From positions 1 through 62,712 of the forward strand of contig NZBL01000017.1 of NCBI GenBank assembly GCA_002687895.1: a stretch of 62,712 nt of DNA. The letters run 5' to 3'. Source of the stretch: a bacterium. Its GTDB lineage: Bacteria; Patescibacteriota; Patescibacteriia; UBA2169. This document shows positions 38,588 to 46,752 of this stretch, piece by piece (positions within the stretch are counted from its first letter, which is position 1; every line of letters starts with the position of its first letter). The position numbers and the translations under genes were made by a program. Below the pieces are notes generated by a model. It was not told the DNA's origin and ran no database searches. It saw nothing but the letters and a program-made list of their open reading frames with translations.

Positions 38588-39292
38588 TTACTTGCTGAGG
38601 CAGAAAACCCACACACGACCAGGAGCCCACACAGCGCTAGGACTAGCATAGCGCGCGAAGAGCCACAACCCATCGTAGCCGCAACCAACGCCGAAGACGT
38701 AAGGAGCGCCGTCGGAGTCGGTAATTGGATTCATGGCAATACGGATCCATTCGCCTTCTGGCTGGTCCTTGTACTGCAAGCGAAGCTGGGGGCCAACTTC
38801 GGAAGGACAGAGTTCCAAACCAAGCTCTTTGGCCCGACGAAAAATCTGCTCTGTGGTTCCTCCTTCACTAAAGCCAAGTTCAGCAACTGAAACCTGGGCA
38901 AGATTGACTTTTTCTTTGGATTCAGATGCCTTGAACTTGGGCTTTCCGAGAATGTCGTTCGCCCAATCACTGGCTTTGAACCCGCCCTCTTTGAATGCGG
39001 ACCGAAAATCATCAGCCGTCCGGAGGCCGGTGCCGAGATTGACGGTTTTCCAAACTCCCCAATCGCATGGCACGGTCTTAGGCCATGCTTCCTCCTTGCG
39101 GAGAAACTTCTTTGTGGCTTCAACCCATTCTGGGTCAGCCATCTTTTCTAGGTGGTCGCAGACGGTCCCAAGAGTGCTGTCTGGGAGCGTCACAAGCTTC
39201 CTCACTGCAACACCGAGCATGTCTTTGGACATGGTCAGTCCTCCTTGTTTTTGGCTTGCCAATAACACCGCATTCTGCGGAATATCAGCCAA
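38588..39292 (-). CDS. DGR target (variable) protein
   Basis: The 234-aa ORF ends in the VR. It is visibly more GC-rich than its neighbours and has no obvious signal peptide. An alternative start is MSKDMLGV (residue 21). Confidence 0.85.
   Translation of the reverse strand: MADIPQNAVLLASQKQGGLTMSKDMLGVAVRKLVTLPDSTLGTVCDHLEKMADPEWVEATKKFLRKEEAWPKTVPCDWGVWKTVNLGTGLRTADDFRSAFKEGGFKASDWANDILGKPKFKASESKEKVNLAQVSVAELGFSEGGTTEQIFRRAKELGLELCPSEVGPQLRLQYKDQPEGEWIRIAMNPITDSDGAPYVFGVGCGYDGLWLFARYASPSAVWAPGRVWVFCLSK
38592..38725 (-). repeat. DGR variable repeat (VR)
   Basis: It forms the 3' end of CDS 38588-39292 and encodes ..DSDGAPYVFGVGCGYDGLWLFARYASPSAVWAPGRVWVFCLS. The 3'-most 24 nt are identical to TR. 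Confidence 0.9.
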
Positions 39293-39373
39293 GCCGTGGA
39301 TTGTAAAAGAAGCTTATATATACACCTTTTCTTTACACTTGTCAACCCAATTGATAGTATACTAATATATATT

Positions 39374-39619
39374 ATGGACAAATGCAATTTTTGCGGAGGT
39401 GAACTCCGTACAACAACACTACAACATTTTGACTATCTGTGGCAGAATAAGACTTTTCGTTTTGAAAATGTTCCTGCGCATGTTTGTGATGCATGCGGAG
39501 AAAAATATTTTGATGCAAACATATCGCAAGCAATGAACAAAGCAGTTATTAACAAAGAAGATCCAAAACGTTTTGATAAAATCCCAGTCCTAGATTTGCA
39601 AACCTCTGTTCCTGCCTAA
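39374..39619 (+). CDS. YgiT-type (MqsA N-terminal-like) zinc-finger protein
   Basis: MDKCNFCGGELRTTTLQHFDYLWQNKTFRFENVPAHVCDACGEKYFD has CxxC...CxxC. I prefer the ATG at 39374 to the ORF-track start at 39296. Confidence 0.7.
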   Translation: MDKCNFCGGELRTTTLQHFDYLWQNKTFRFENVPAHVCDACGEKYFDANISQAMNKAVINKEDPKRFDKIPVLDLQTSVPA

Positions 39620-39694
39620 CAATCACCTACTGAATCTAAGCAATCCGTCCACAAGCGGGTTGCTTTTTGTTCTAAAAACAGTATCATAGCAACT

Positions 39695-40546
39695 ATGACT
39701 ACCAAAGCAAAAATAATTGATGGTAAATCTATTGCTAATGATATTCAGAACGAAGTCGCAGAGCAAATTACCAATCTCAAGCTTACTCCAGGACTTGGAG
39801 TTATTTTAGTTGGAAATGATCCAGCAAGCGAGCTGTATGTCTCACTTAAGCAAAAAGCAGCCAATAAAGTTGGCATTAACTTTTGCTTATACAAGTTTGA
39901 TGAAGATGCTAAAGAATCTGAAATTTTAGAAACTATCAATTGGCTGAACAAAGACGATGAAATACATGCAATACTGGTCCAACTCCCGCTTCCAAAACAC
40001 TTAGACGAAGATGTAATCATTCAAGCAATTAATTCTAAAAAAGATGTAGATGGGTTTCATCCACAAAACATAAAAGCTTATCTAAATAATGAACCAACCA
40101 TAGCTCCTGGGCTTTCCATGGGAATTATACAGCTTATAACATCAACTGGAGAAAATCTAAAAGATAAAACAGCACTTATTATTGCAAAGAGTGAAGAATT
40201 TACCAAGCCTCTGGAGCATACGTTGAGCGCATTTGGCGTGCAATCACAATCAATCCAGCCAAATGACCCAACACTTCGCGACGTAATGCCTACATTTGAC
40301 ATCATTATCACGGCCATAGGTAAGCCAAAATGGATTATGGCTGACTTTATCAAAGAAAAAGCAATCTTAATAGATGTTGGAACCACAAAACTTAATAATG
40401 AGACAGTTGGTGATGTTGATTTTGAATCATGCAAACTAAAAGCTAGTTGGATTACACCAGTGCCAGGAGGCGTAGGGCCAATGACAGTTGCTATGCTTCT
40501 CAAAAACACAGTCGCGCTCGCCCGCCAGCCAATTGAACAAGCATAA
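39695..40546 (+). CDS. folD: Bifunctional methylenetetrahydrofolate dehydrogenase/cyclohydrolase
   Basis: IIDGKSIANDIQNEV..PGLGVILVGNDPASELYV..LVQLPLP..VDGFHP..TPVPGGVGPMTVAMLL. Confidence 0.95.
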   Translation: MTTKAKIIDGKSIANDIQNEVAEQITNLKLTPGLGVILVGNDPASELYVSLKQKAANKVGINFCLYKFDEDAKESEILETINWLNKDDEIHAILVQLPLPKHLDEDVIIQAINSKKDVDGFHPQNIKAYLNNEPTIAPGLSMGIIQLITSTGENLKDKTALIIAKSEEFTKPLEHTLSAFGVQSQSIQPNDPTLRDVMPTFDIIITAIGKPKWIMADFIKEKAILIDVGTTKLNNETVGDVDFESCKLKASWITPVPGGVGPMTVAMLLKNTVALARQPIEQA

Positions 40547-40762
40547 CTTATAAACTCTATCCACAGGGTTTGCCTTTAAATTATTGACGCTCATATTTGA
40601 GCGTGGTATACTACTTTCTGGTCCAGTTGTGTGATAGATCGGATTATCTTATTCGTATACAATTACAGCTGGCCTGTTCTTTCTTTTTTACTTTGAGGAA
40701 TGCAGTGCTTTGGAAACTCTAAGCCGCAATAGGCCTAGATTTCTGGGTAACGGTTCCCAAAC

Positions 40763-40791
40763 AAAATACCCCGCGTAGTGCGGGGTATTTT
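40763..40791. terminator. Bidirectional hairpin terminator next to tRNA-Cys
   Basis: AAAATACCCCGC-GTAGT-GCGGGGTATTTT is a 12-bp perfect stem with A/T runs on both sides. Confidence 0.7.
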
Positions 40792-40794
40792 GTT

Positions 40795-40868
40795 TGGAGG
40801 CCACGACCGGGATTGAACCGGTGTAAAGGGTTTTGCAGACCCTTGCCTAACCACTCGGCCACGTGGCC
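40795..40868 (-). tRNA. tRNA-Cys (anticodon GCA), CCA encoded
   Basis: The minus strand reads GGCCACGTGGCCGAGTGGTTAGGCAAGGGTCTGCAAAACCCTTTACACCGGTTCAATCCCGGTCGTGGCCTCCA. The anticodon loop is CTGCAAA and the discriminator is U73. Confidence 0.9.
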
Positions 40869-40968
40869 TCGTCTCGCTAGAAGCGAGATATTACTACCAT
40901 AAACGATTTTACGAAAAAAATCCAGCCAATATTGCAGAGCCTGCCAATGAACACTTTTTGTGTACACA

Positions 40969-41625
40969 TCATCTCATACCAGGGAAAGCTGCTTCATAAT
41001 GATTTAATACATAATCACGCGGCACGCGCGCTCCTAATTCCTCCATACGTAAATACTTTAACCCAAAAGCTACTGCTTCTGGCCGAGTGTACATCCAAAT
41101 ATCAGCGCGATATGGATATCGCACATTCATACGGTCTTCTACTATAAATATTTTGTCGCCGAATTTGTCTGGAAACCGCACCATGCTTCCTTTTGGCAAA
41201 AAATTCAACGCAACAATGCCGTCGCGGACCGGAGTAATCCATGCAGTAGTAAAAGGAGTAGAATCAGTCTGCCTTGGTTCAGATGAATACGCAGTTACAG
41301 TAAGCCAATGCTCGCGTACGACCGTTGGCTCGCCCTCTAAAGGCAAGGATGCTTGTTCGTTATATTCCGCTGTATCAGCGCTAATTAAGCGCTCTTCGCG
41401 GGATAGAACCATTTCATAGCTATCAACTGAAGGCTGCGGGCCTAAAATACTGTATTCATAAGGCTTTTCTACTCCTTGGCGCAATGCTTCATAGTTTTCA
41501 TGCGCAGCTAAGGACATATGCGGCATTCCAAGGTTAAATAGCAATGACAAAACAGCCAATGTTAGGCATTGTTTGACGTATTTTAGTTGTCTTTTCGTAA
41601 GTATCATATCGCGCCTATAGCCCAC
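40969..41625 (-). CDS. 3D-domain (MltA/RlpA-like double-psi beta-barrel) cell-wall protein with an N-terminal anchor
   Basis: A TM/signal segment (LTLAVLSLLFNLGMPHMSLAA) is followed by VTAYSSEPRQTDSTPFTTAWITPVRDGIVALN..IFIVEDRMN, typical of 3D domains. Confidence 0.65.
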   Translation of the reverse strand: MGYRRDMILTKRQLKYVKQCLTLAVLSLLFNLGMPHMSLAAHENYEALRQGVEKPYEYSILGPQPSVDSYEMVLSREERLISADTAEYNEQASLPLEGEPTVVREHWLTVTAYSSEPRQTDSTPFTTAWITPVRDGIVALNFLPKGSMVRFPDKFGDKIFIVEDRMNVRYPYRADIWMYTRPEAVAFGLKYLRMEELGARVPRDYVLNHYEAAFPGMR

Positions 41626-41760
41626 CCTCGAGCTTATAGACGCAAAAAGACACCGGTAGAACCGATGTCTGTTGGAAACAATAGCTATTTACTAGCTAAT
41701 ACAAGTATAGCACATCTAAACGAAAAAATCAAGTAGCTTCGTGCACTAATAATCCATGGT

Positions 41761-42789
41761 CTAGTTAAATAATGCTGATGACAAATTATCTTTTGATTGC
41801 GCGCCAAGATGCGAATAGGCTCGTTCAGATGCTACGCGCCCGCGAGGAGTTCGCTCCAAAAAGCCAAGCTGCATTAAAAACGGCTCATATATATCTTCTA
41901 TGGTTGCCTCTTCCTCGCTTGTTGCGGCAGCTAAGGTATTCAACCCAACTGGGCCGCCTCCAAACTTCTCTATGATTGTTGCAAGAATCTTTCTATCTAC
42001 TTGGTCCAAGCCAAGCTCATCAACTTCTAGCAGATGAAGAGCTTCGTCTGCAAGCGCAGGAGTAATAATACCGTCTGCTTTTACGTCTACATAGTCGCGA
42101 ACACGCTTTAAAAGCCTGTTTGCAATGCGCGGAGTTCTGCGAGATCGCTGTGCAATTTTTGTGTTCGCTAAATTTTCTATATTGATTGATAAAATATTTG
42201 AGCTGCGCGAGATGATTTCGCCTATTTCATTCTCTTCGTAAAAGCTTAAAGGATATATTGCGCCAAACCTATCGCGCAAAGGAGATGATAACAAGCTGAT
42301 TCTGGTTGTTGCTCCTATTAAAGTGAACCTTGGAAGATCTAATTTAAGCACACGCGCTGAAGGGCCTTTGCCCACGACCAAATCTAAAGCATAATCTTCC
42401 ATTGCTGGATACAAAACTTCTTCCACTGTTTTGTTTAAGCGGTGAATTTCATCAATGAAGAGGATATCGCCATCTTCAAGATTGGTAAGGATGGCTGCCA
42501 CATCCCCTGCCCGCTCAATAGCTGGCCCGCTTGTGACCTTTATATTAACTTCCATCTCATTTGCTATTACTCCTGCGAGCGTGGTCTTACCCAAACCCGG
42601 GGGTCCATACAAAAGCACATGCTCAATTGGCTCCCTACGCTTTTTAGCTGCACCCATAAAAATTTCCAAGTTCTGCTTTACCTTGGATTGGCCGACATAT
42701 TCAGACAAGTTCTTTGGGCGCAAACTTAAGTCCAAAGATTTGTCTTCATTGCCTCGAGCCTTTTGAGATATGATTCTTTCTTCTTGCAT
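41761..42789 (-). CDS. ruvB: Holliday junction branch migration helicase RuvB
   Basis: [48 protein letters not shown]. Confidence 0.95.
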   Translation of the reverse strand: MQEERIISQKARGNEDKSLDLSLRPKNLSEYVGQSKVKQNLEIFMGAAKKRREPIEHVLLYGPPGLGKTTLAGVIANEMEVNIKVTSGPAIERAGDVAAILTNLEDGDILFIDEIHRLNKTVEEVLYPAMEDYALDLVVGKGPSARVLKLDLPRFTLIGATTRISLLSSPLRDRFGAIYPLSFYEENEIGEIISRSSNILSINIENLANTKIAQRSRRTPRIANRLLKRVRDYVDVKADGIITPALADEALHLLEVDELGLDQVDRKILATIIEKFGGGPVGLNTLAAATSEEEATIEDIYEPFLMQLGFLERTPRGRVASERAYSHLGAQSKDNLSSALFN

Positions 42790-42861
42790 ATTAAATTAGG
42801 TTATCACAATTCATTATACAAAAAAAGCCCGCATATATTTGCGAGCTCTTTTAAATCATAA

Positions 42862-43857
42862 TTATCGCCTGGAACGTCCACCACGCTTTGCACGCGATAC
42901 ACGGATAAAACCAGAACATGGAACAATCTCTATGCCTTTCTTTTCTAGATTATCCAAGAATAAATTCAATCCAAGCGAATCAGAAGCCATGTGCCCAGCC
43001 ACGACAACATTGATATGGTGCTTTTCTGCTTCTTCTTTCCATTCCTCTTTCTGGTGCATTGAAATAATTGTTCCTACACCAGCATGCGCCAAGCGCTCAT
43101 AAATTTCTTTTGCCCCGTCAGTTCCGCCTGTTACTTCTGTTACTGCAATTTTGCCTGCAAAATTTTCATTAGAGCCGCTAAAAATAATTGGTCCTGCTTT
43201 GTGCTTCAAAGCTTGCTGATATTCTGGAATTGATTTTAGGAATTTAATGACATCTTCCACATATACCAAATCCTTTTCACGCTTTTTTATTTCTTTATAT
43301 AAATAATTAGCCACATGGTTGTCAGTTGGAGTATGAATACACATAATCGGAATATCAAGCAATTTTGCAGCATCAACTGATTGTCCATGGTTAAATGGAG
43401 AAATACCGCGTTCCACCTCACTAATACGCTTTTTAGTAATCTTTTCCGCAATATTTATTGGCACACCATAATGCGCGAGCAATTCAACCTGAAGATCCAT
43501 AACCTCATGCAAACCAGCAAACCCGCTTGCCAAAGGATGGTGAGCAATAATAAGATCAATAGGATTGCTGCGATCTTGACGATTAAGCTCATTTGCAAGC
43601 ACTACTTCTCCTGTATCAATATCAACTCCAACTAAAACCTTTTTTATTTTTGCGGCAAAATCACCATGGAAAATGCGCGTATCAGAATATGGATTATCCA
43701 AGCGCTCTTCATCAAATTCCTCTTTTTGCTCGTCTGAAAATTTTTCGTACTTTGTATTAATACGCTTTAAAATTTCACGTACGCGGCTGCTGCCCCGCAA
43801 ATCATGCTTTATTCCCTCGCTTACAGCTAAATTATATATCTGCTTGATGGTCATCAT
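42862..43857 (-). CDS. NIF3-family (YbgI/YqfO-like) dinuclear metal centre protein
   Basis: LIIAHHPL, HTPTDN and AGHMASD motifs sit at positions typical of NIF3-like proteins. Confidence 0.6.
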   Translation of the reverse strand: MMTIKQIYNLAVSEGIKHDLRGSSRVREILKRINTKYEKFSDEQKEEFDEERLDNPYSDTRIFHGDFAAKIKKVLVGVDIDTGEVVLANELNRQDRSNPIDLIIAHHPLASGFAGLHEVMDLQVELLAHYGVPINIAEKITKKRISEVERGISPFNHGQSVDAAKLLDIPIMCIHTPTDNHVANYLYKEIKKREKDLVYVEDVIKFLKSIPEYQQALKHKAGPIIFSGSNENFAGKIAVTEVTGGTDGAKEIYERLAHAGVGTIISMHQKEEWKEEAEKHHINVVVAGHMASDSLGLNLFLDNLEKKGIEIVPCSGFIRVSRAKRGGRSRR

Positions 43858-43926
43858 ATAATTACGATTATTAAGATTAGTAGCTTACCTTACCAAAAAC
43901 AAAACAAATATGCAACACAAATAAGC

Positions 43927-43955
43927 TTGACACAGCCAAAAAGATATGATAGGAT
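43927..43955 (+). promoter_or_regulatory. Sigma-70-type promoter with no downstream CDS
   Basis: TTGACA (43927-43932), a 17-nt spacer and TAGGAT (43950-43955). Confidence 0.5.
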
Positions 43956-43959
43956 ATTC

Positions 43960-44105
43960 TCTTGCTGTAGTAATAGCAAGAATTTAAAAACCACCTGCCA
44001 CTGCAGTCACGACAAGCATGGGGATACCATTTAAGGTATATTTCGGCTTCTAGCTATAATATTCCTTAAAAATATCTTCTTGACTGCAGTTGCAAGCGGT
44101 TTTTT
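43960..44105 (+). ncRNA. Candidate small RNA of about 145 nt, family unknown
   Basis: It has a hairpin TCTTGCT/AGCAAGA (43960-43981). A long-range helix pairs 43991-44008 with 44082-44099 (core ACTGCAGTC/GACTGCAGT) around a ~70-nt domain, followed by TTTTTT. Only an 11-codon ORF lies inside. Strand is uncertain because a U-run also follows on the minus strand. Confidence 0.35.
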
Positions 44106-44108
44106 GTT

Positions 44109-45992
44109 TTAAATAGTAGCATCAATTAAATCAGCGCCATCAAGCTCAAGTCCTTCTTCAGCTTCAGGAGACAGCTCTTCCACGCCAATTAAGCATACCT
44201 CTTGCCAAGGCCTATATTGGCTTTTAAAAGTTTCTTCATTTACAGTGCCGTCTGAATATGTAACTGTATAGTCAAATTCAGCCTTTATGCCGGCATGCGG
44301 GCTTTCTGTGCACTTTGTTTCACCAACTGGAAGATCAAGTGTTTCCACATATTTGGTTTCTGGAGGCGGAACATGATCCCAAGTCCTTGTTTCTGACTGC
44401 ACAACTTTTCTTCCATCTTTGGTTCCCCAATATTCAAAATATAAATTATCCCCCTCAATGCGGGTTGTAATAAGAATATGATTTTGGGTATCATTTTTAA
44501 ACCTGTAATCTGGAGCAGGATCATAAATAGTTGCGTCAGTTCCTGGCTTGCCTTGGCTGTCATAATAATATGGCACTGAATAGGAATGATTGTGGCGTGC
44601 AGTTACCTTGAGGCCTGCCTCTAAAGTGCCGCGGAACGTGGTAGTGCCTATTTGGCATAATCCTCCGCCATATTCTGGTATTGTTTCATTGCCTTTTATG
44701 ACAAGCTCCTGAAGATAACCAGTAGAGCCGTCAATAGTGCCTAAAGTCGCGAGCAAAGAAAACTCCTCATCTGGAGGAATGATGGTGCCATTTACAGCTT
44801 CCGCGCCAATGCGGATATTATGCCTTCGGTTAGCTGGACTGCCTGCGAAATTTGATTTTCCAACTCCTAATAATTCAGTAATTCCAAAATCATTTACATC
44901 AGCAATACTCTGGTTTGGCTCAACAACTACTACTATAGGCTCAAGTTCTGTAATATCTTCTTCTAACAATTTCTGCTCCCAAGAGCTCCATGTGTCTTCA
45001 AAAACCAATCTCTGCCCATTTGTACTGGTCTTGAACTCAACAACTTTTCCATCCTCCAGAGCAAAACGAGGCTCTTGAGGCTCTATGTTCAGCCTATTTG
45101 TTATAGGCAGAAGAAGCTCTTTTAGCTTTATTTTAGAATACCCGACTTCTGGACTTCCTGATTCTCCCAGCCTAATTTCTAGAAGACTGTTAACCCTGCT
45201 TGAGGGCCAAAACCATGATTGCTCCTCATGATTTATTCTTATGCCTTGAGTCCGCAAAGCTTGTTGCGCCTGCTCTATTAATGGGCTTGCCTGCTCGCTT
45301 GTTATACGCGGAATGTCTTTTTCTAGTTTAAGAGGAATAGGAGTAAATATTAAGTTACTAAGCTGTTCTTTGGCTTCTGATATGGCGCGGTCATAATCAA
45401 ATACAATTCCTTCTTTTTCCTGTGATATTTGTGCTTTAGCGTTTTTAATTACAAGTTCTGCGTCTTTTGCCGGATACTCAAGAGTTGCTAAATTTTCTTT
45501 AAGAAGATCGCGTATAGATCCTTCGCGCCAAGTATATGAAGGCGCAATAGCAGACCTTCCGATTAATCCAAAAATTCTATCTTGCCATTGCTCAAAAAAA
45601 GAATTGCTTCTGCCGTATTCAAAAGCCTTGCTCAATGTTTCATCAATATCATAACTTATAAGCTCATACGAAAGATCAGGATCTTCTGTGGCTGCCACAA
45701 CTGTAGGGACATTTACATTGCGGTCGCGGAACACGAACTCAAGCCCGTTCTGGTGCAGTACATCTATGCTTGATTCAATAGTCTGTGTTGCCTCAACTTT
45801 CGAAAATCCTCCTAAAGAAAAAGACCCAACAAAAACTCCAGCATATATCTCATCATCATACGCGAGTGTATATCCTTTTCCAAGCGCAAAAACCAATACT
45901 GCCGCAGCAATTATTATTATTATGAATCTTTGGTGCCAATTCTTCCAAAGTTTATTTTTTTTATTTTTGCTTTTCTTAGACATAAAAATCAT
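44109..45992 (-). CDS. VanW-domain protein with an N-terminal membrane anchor
   Basis: A TM helix (FIIIIIAAAVLVFALG) is followed by VanW-type sequence (IPPDEEFSLLATLGTIDGSTGYLQELVIKGNETIPEYGGGLCQIGTTTFRGTLEAGL). An alternative start is the ATG at 45983. Confidence 0.8.
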   Translation of the reverse strand: MIFMSKKSKNKKNKLWKNWHQRFIIIIIAAAVLVFALGKGYTLAYDDEIYAGVFVGSFSLGGFSKVEATQTIESSIDVLHQNGLEFVFRDRNVNVPTVVAATEDPDLSYELISYDIDETLSKAFEYGRSNSFFEQWQDRIFGLIGRSAIAPSYTWREGSIRDLLKENLATLEYPAKDAELVIKNAKAQISQEKEGIVFDYDRAISEAKEQLSNLIFTPIPLKLEKDIPRITSEQASPLIEQAQQALRTQGIRINHEEQSWFWPSSRVNSLLEIRLGESGSPEVGYSKIKLKELLLPITNRLNIEPQEPRFALEDGKVVEFKTSTNGQRLVFEDTWSSWEQKLLEEDITELEPIVVVVEPNQSIADVNDFGITELLGVGKSNFAGSPANRRHNIRIGAEAVNGTIIPPDEEFSLLATLGTIDGSTGYLQELVIKGNETIPEYGGGLCQIGTTTFRGTLEAGLKVTARHNHSYSVPYYYDSQGKPGTDATIYDPAPDYRFKNDTQNHILITTRIEGDNLYFEYWGTKDGRKVVQSETRTWDHVPPPETKYVETLDLPVGETKCTESPHAGIKAEFDYTVTYSDGTVNEETFKSQYRPWQEVCLIGVEELSPEAEEGLELDGADLIDATI

Positions 45993-46004
45993 GCCGCAAG
46001 CCTA

Positions 46005-46211
46005 TTAAGCCTCTATATAAAGCAGCTCATTCAAAAGATCTCTTGCTTGAGATTGGTCTGCTGCCTCGCCAACCGGCACTAGCATCAGCTTAATGCTATC
46101 TCCATTTTCAAGCGATTCAGGCAATGCTTTTTTGTCAATTTCAAATGAGTCTCCATTTAAAATCTGTACACGGCACTTGCCGCTATTATCAATAACCACT
46201 GTGCCGTCCAT
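46005..46211 (-). CDS. Small hypothetical protein co-oriented with hsp20
   Basis: The 68-aa ORF lies 3 nt downstream of the hsp20 stop. I recognise no family with confidence. Confidence 0.4.
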   Translation of the reverse strand: MDGTVVIDNSGKCRVQILNGDSFEIDKKALPESLENGDSIKLMLVPVGEAADQSQARDLLNELLYIEA

Positions 46212-46214
46212 AAA

Positions 46215-46712
46215 TTATTCTTCCCTTACTTTAACTGAAATGCTCTTGGATTTGCGCGAGCGCGGCAAACGAACCGTGAGCACGCCGTTCTTTAAGCTCG
46301 CGGAAACTTGATCTGCCTCAACTTCTACTGGCAAAATAATAGAGCGCGAAAATCCTCCCCAATAGCATTCCTGATAATAGTAGTCATCAACATGCTCTTC
46401 TTTTTCTTGGGATCTTTCGCCGCGGATCGTGAGCATATCATTGTTGATTGAAATATCAATCGCGTCCGGCTTAACTCCTGCAATAGTTGATACCACTATT
46501 ATCTCATCATTTGTTCCGTACACATCCACTGAAAGCTGGCCCTCGTAGTTTTCATCAAGCCAGTCTTTTTCCTGCTTTGTGTTCTTTTCAGCTGCAATAT
46601 CGCGCTCATCAGTAGATTCAGGCGCTTGGGATGATTCCCTATTTACTGACTGCACTTCTTTTTCCTGCTCCTCCTCTTTTATGCCTGATAATTTATTTAA
46701 AAAGCTTGACAT
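46215..46712 (-). CDS. Hsp20/alpha-crystallin family small heat-shock protein
   Basis: LSVDVYGTNDEIIVVSTIAGVKPDAIDISINNDMLTIRGER...GFSRSIILPVEVEADQVSASLKNGVLTVRLPR. Confidence 0.9.
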   Translation of the reverse strand: MSSFLNKLSGIKEEEQEKEVQSVNRESSQAPESTDERDIAAEKNTKQEKDWLDENYEGQLSVDVYGTNDEIIVVSTIAGVKPDAIDISINNDMLTIRGERSQEKEEHVDDYYYQECYWGGFSRSIILPVEVEADQVSASLKNGVLTVRLPRSRKSKSISVKVREE

Positions 46713-46725
46713 AGGATATATTTAC

Positions 46726-46752
46726 TTTTTAGTATATCTAGTATACTAAAAA
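46726..46752. promoter_or_regulatory. Perfect 11-bp inverted repeat directly upstream of hsp20 (operator or RNA-thermometer candidate)
   Basis: TTTTTAGTATA-TCTAG-TATACTAAAAA lies 14-40 nt upstream of the hsp20 ATG and overlaps a possible -10 box (TATACT, minus strand). Confidence 0.5.

Larger units (their letters stand above)
36662..39292 (-). mobile_element. Diversity-generating retroelement (DGR) cassette: RT, Avd-like gene, TR, and target gene with VR
   Basis: See the component features. The TR/VR pair shows exclusively adenine-position mismatches and sits next to a DGR-type RT. Confidence 0.9.

Noticed and set aside
38731-39365. Long overlapping ORFs in other frames of the DGR target gene (38731-39123 minus, 38733-39365 plus, 39085-39306 plus)
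   Set aside because: They are products of the locally high GC content (few stop codons). Their products are R/S/P/A-rich with no features, and only the 38588-39292 frame ends in the VR.
40719-40967. An 82-aa minus-strand ORF overlapping tRNA-Cys; similarly 46770-47024 over tRNA-Glu and 10500-10796 over the tRNA-like gene
   Set aside because: These ORFs are composed largely of tRNA, terminator and promoter sequence, with no family resemblance.
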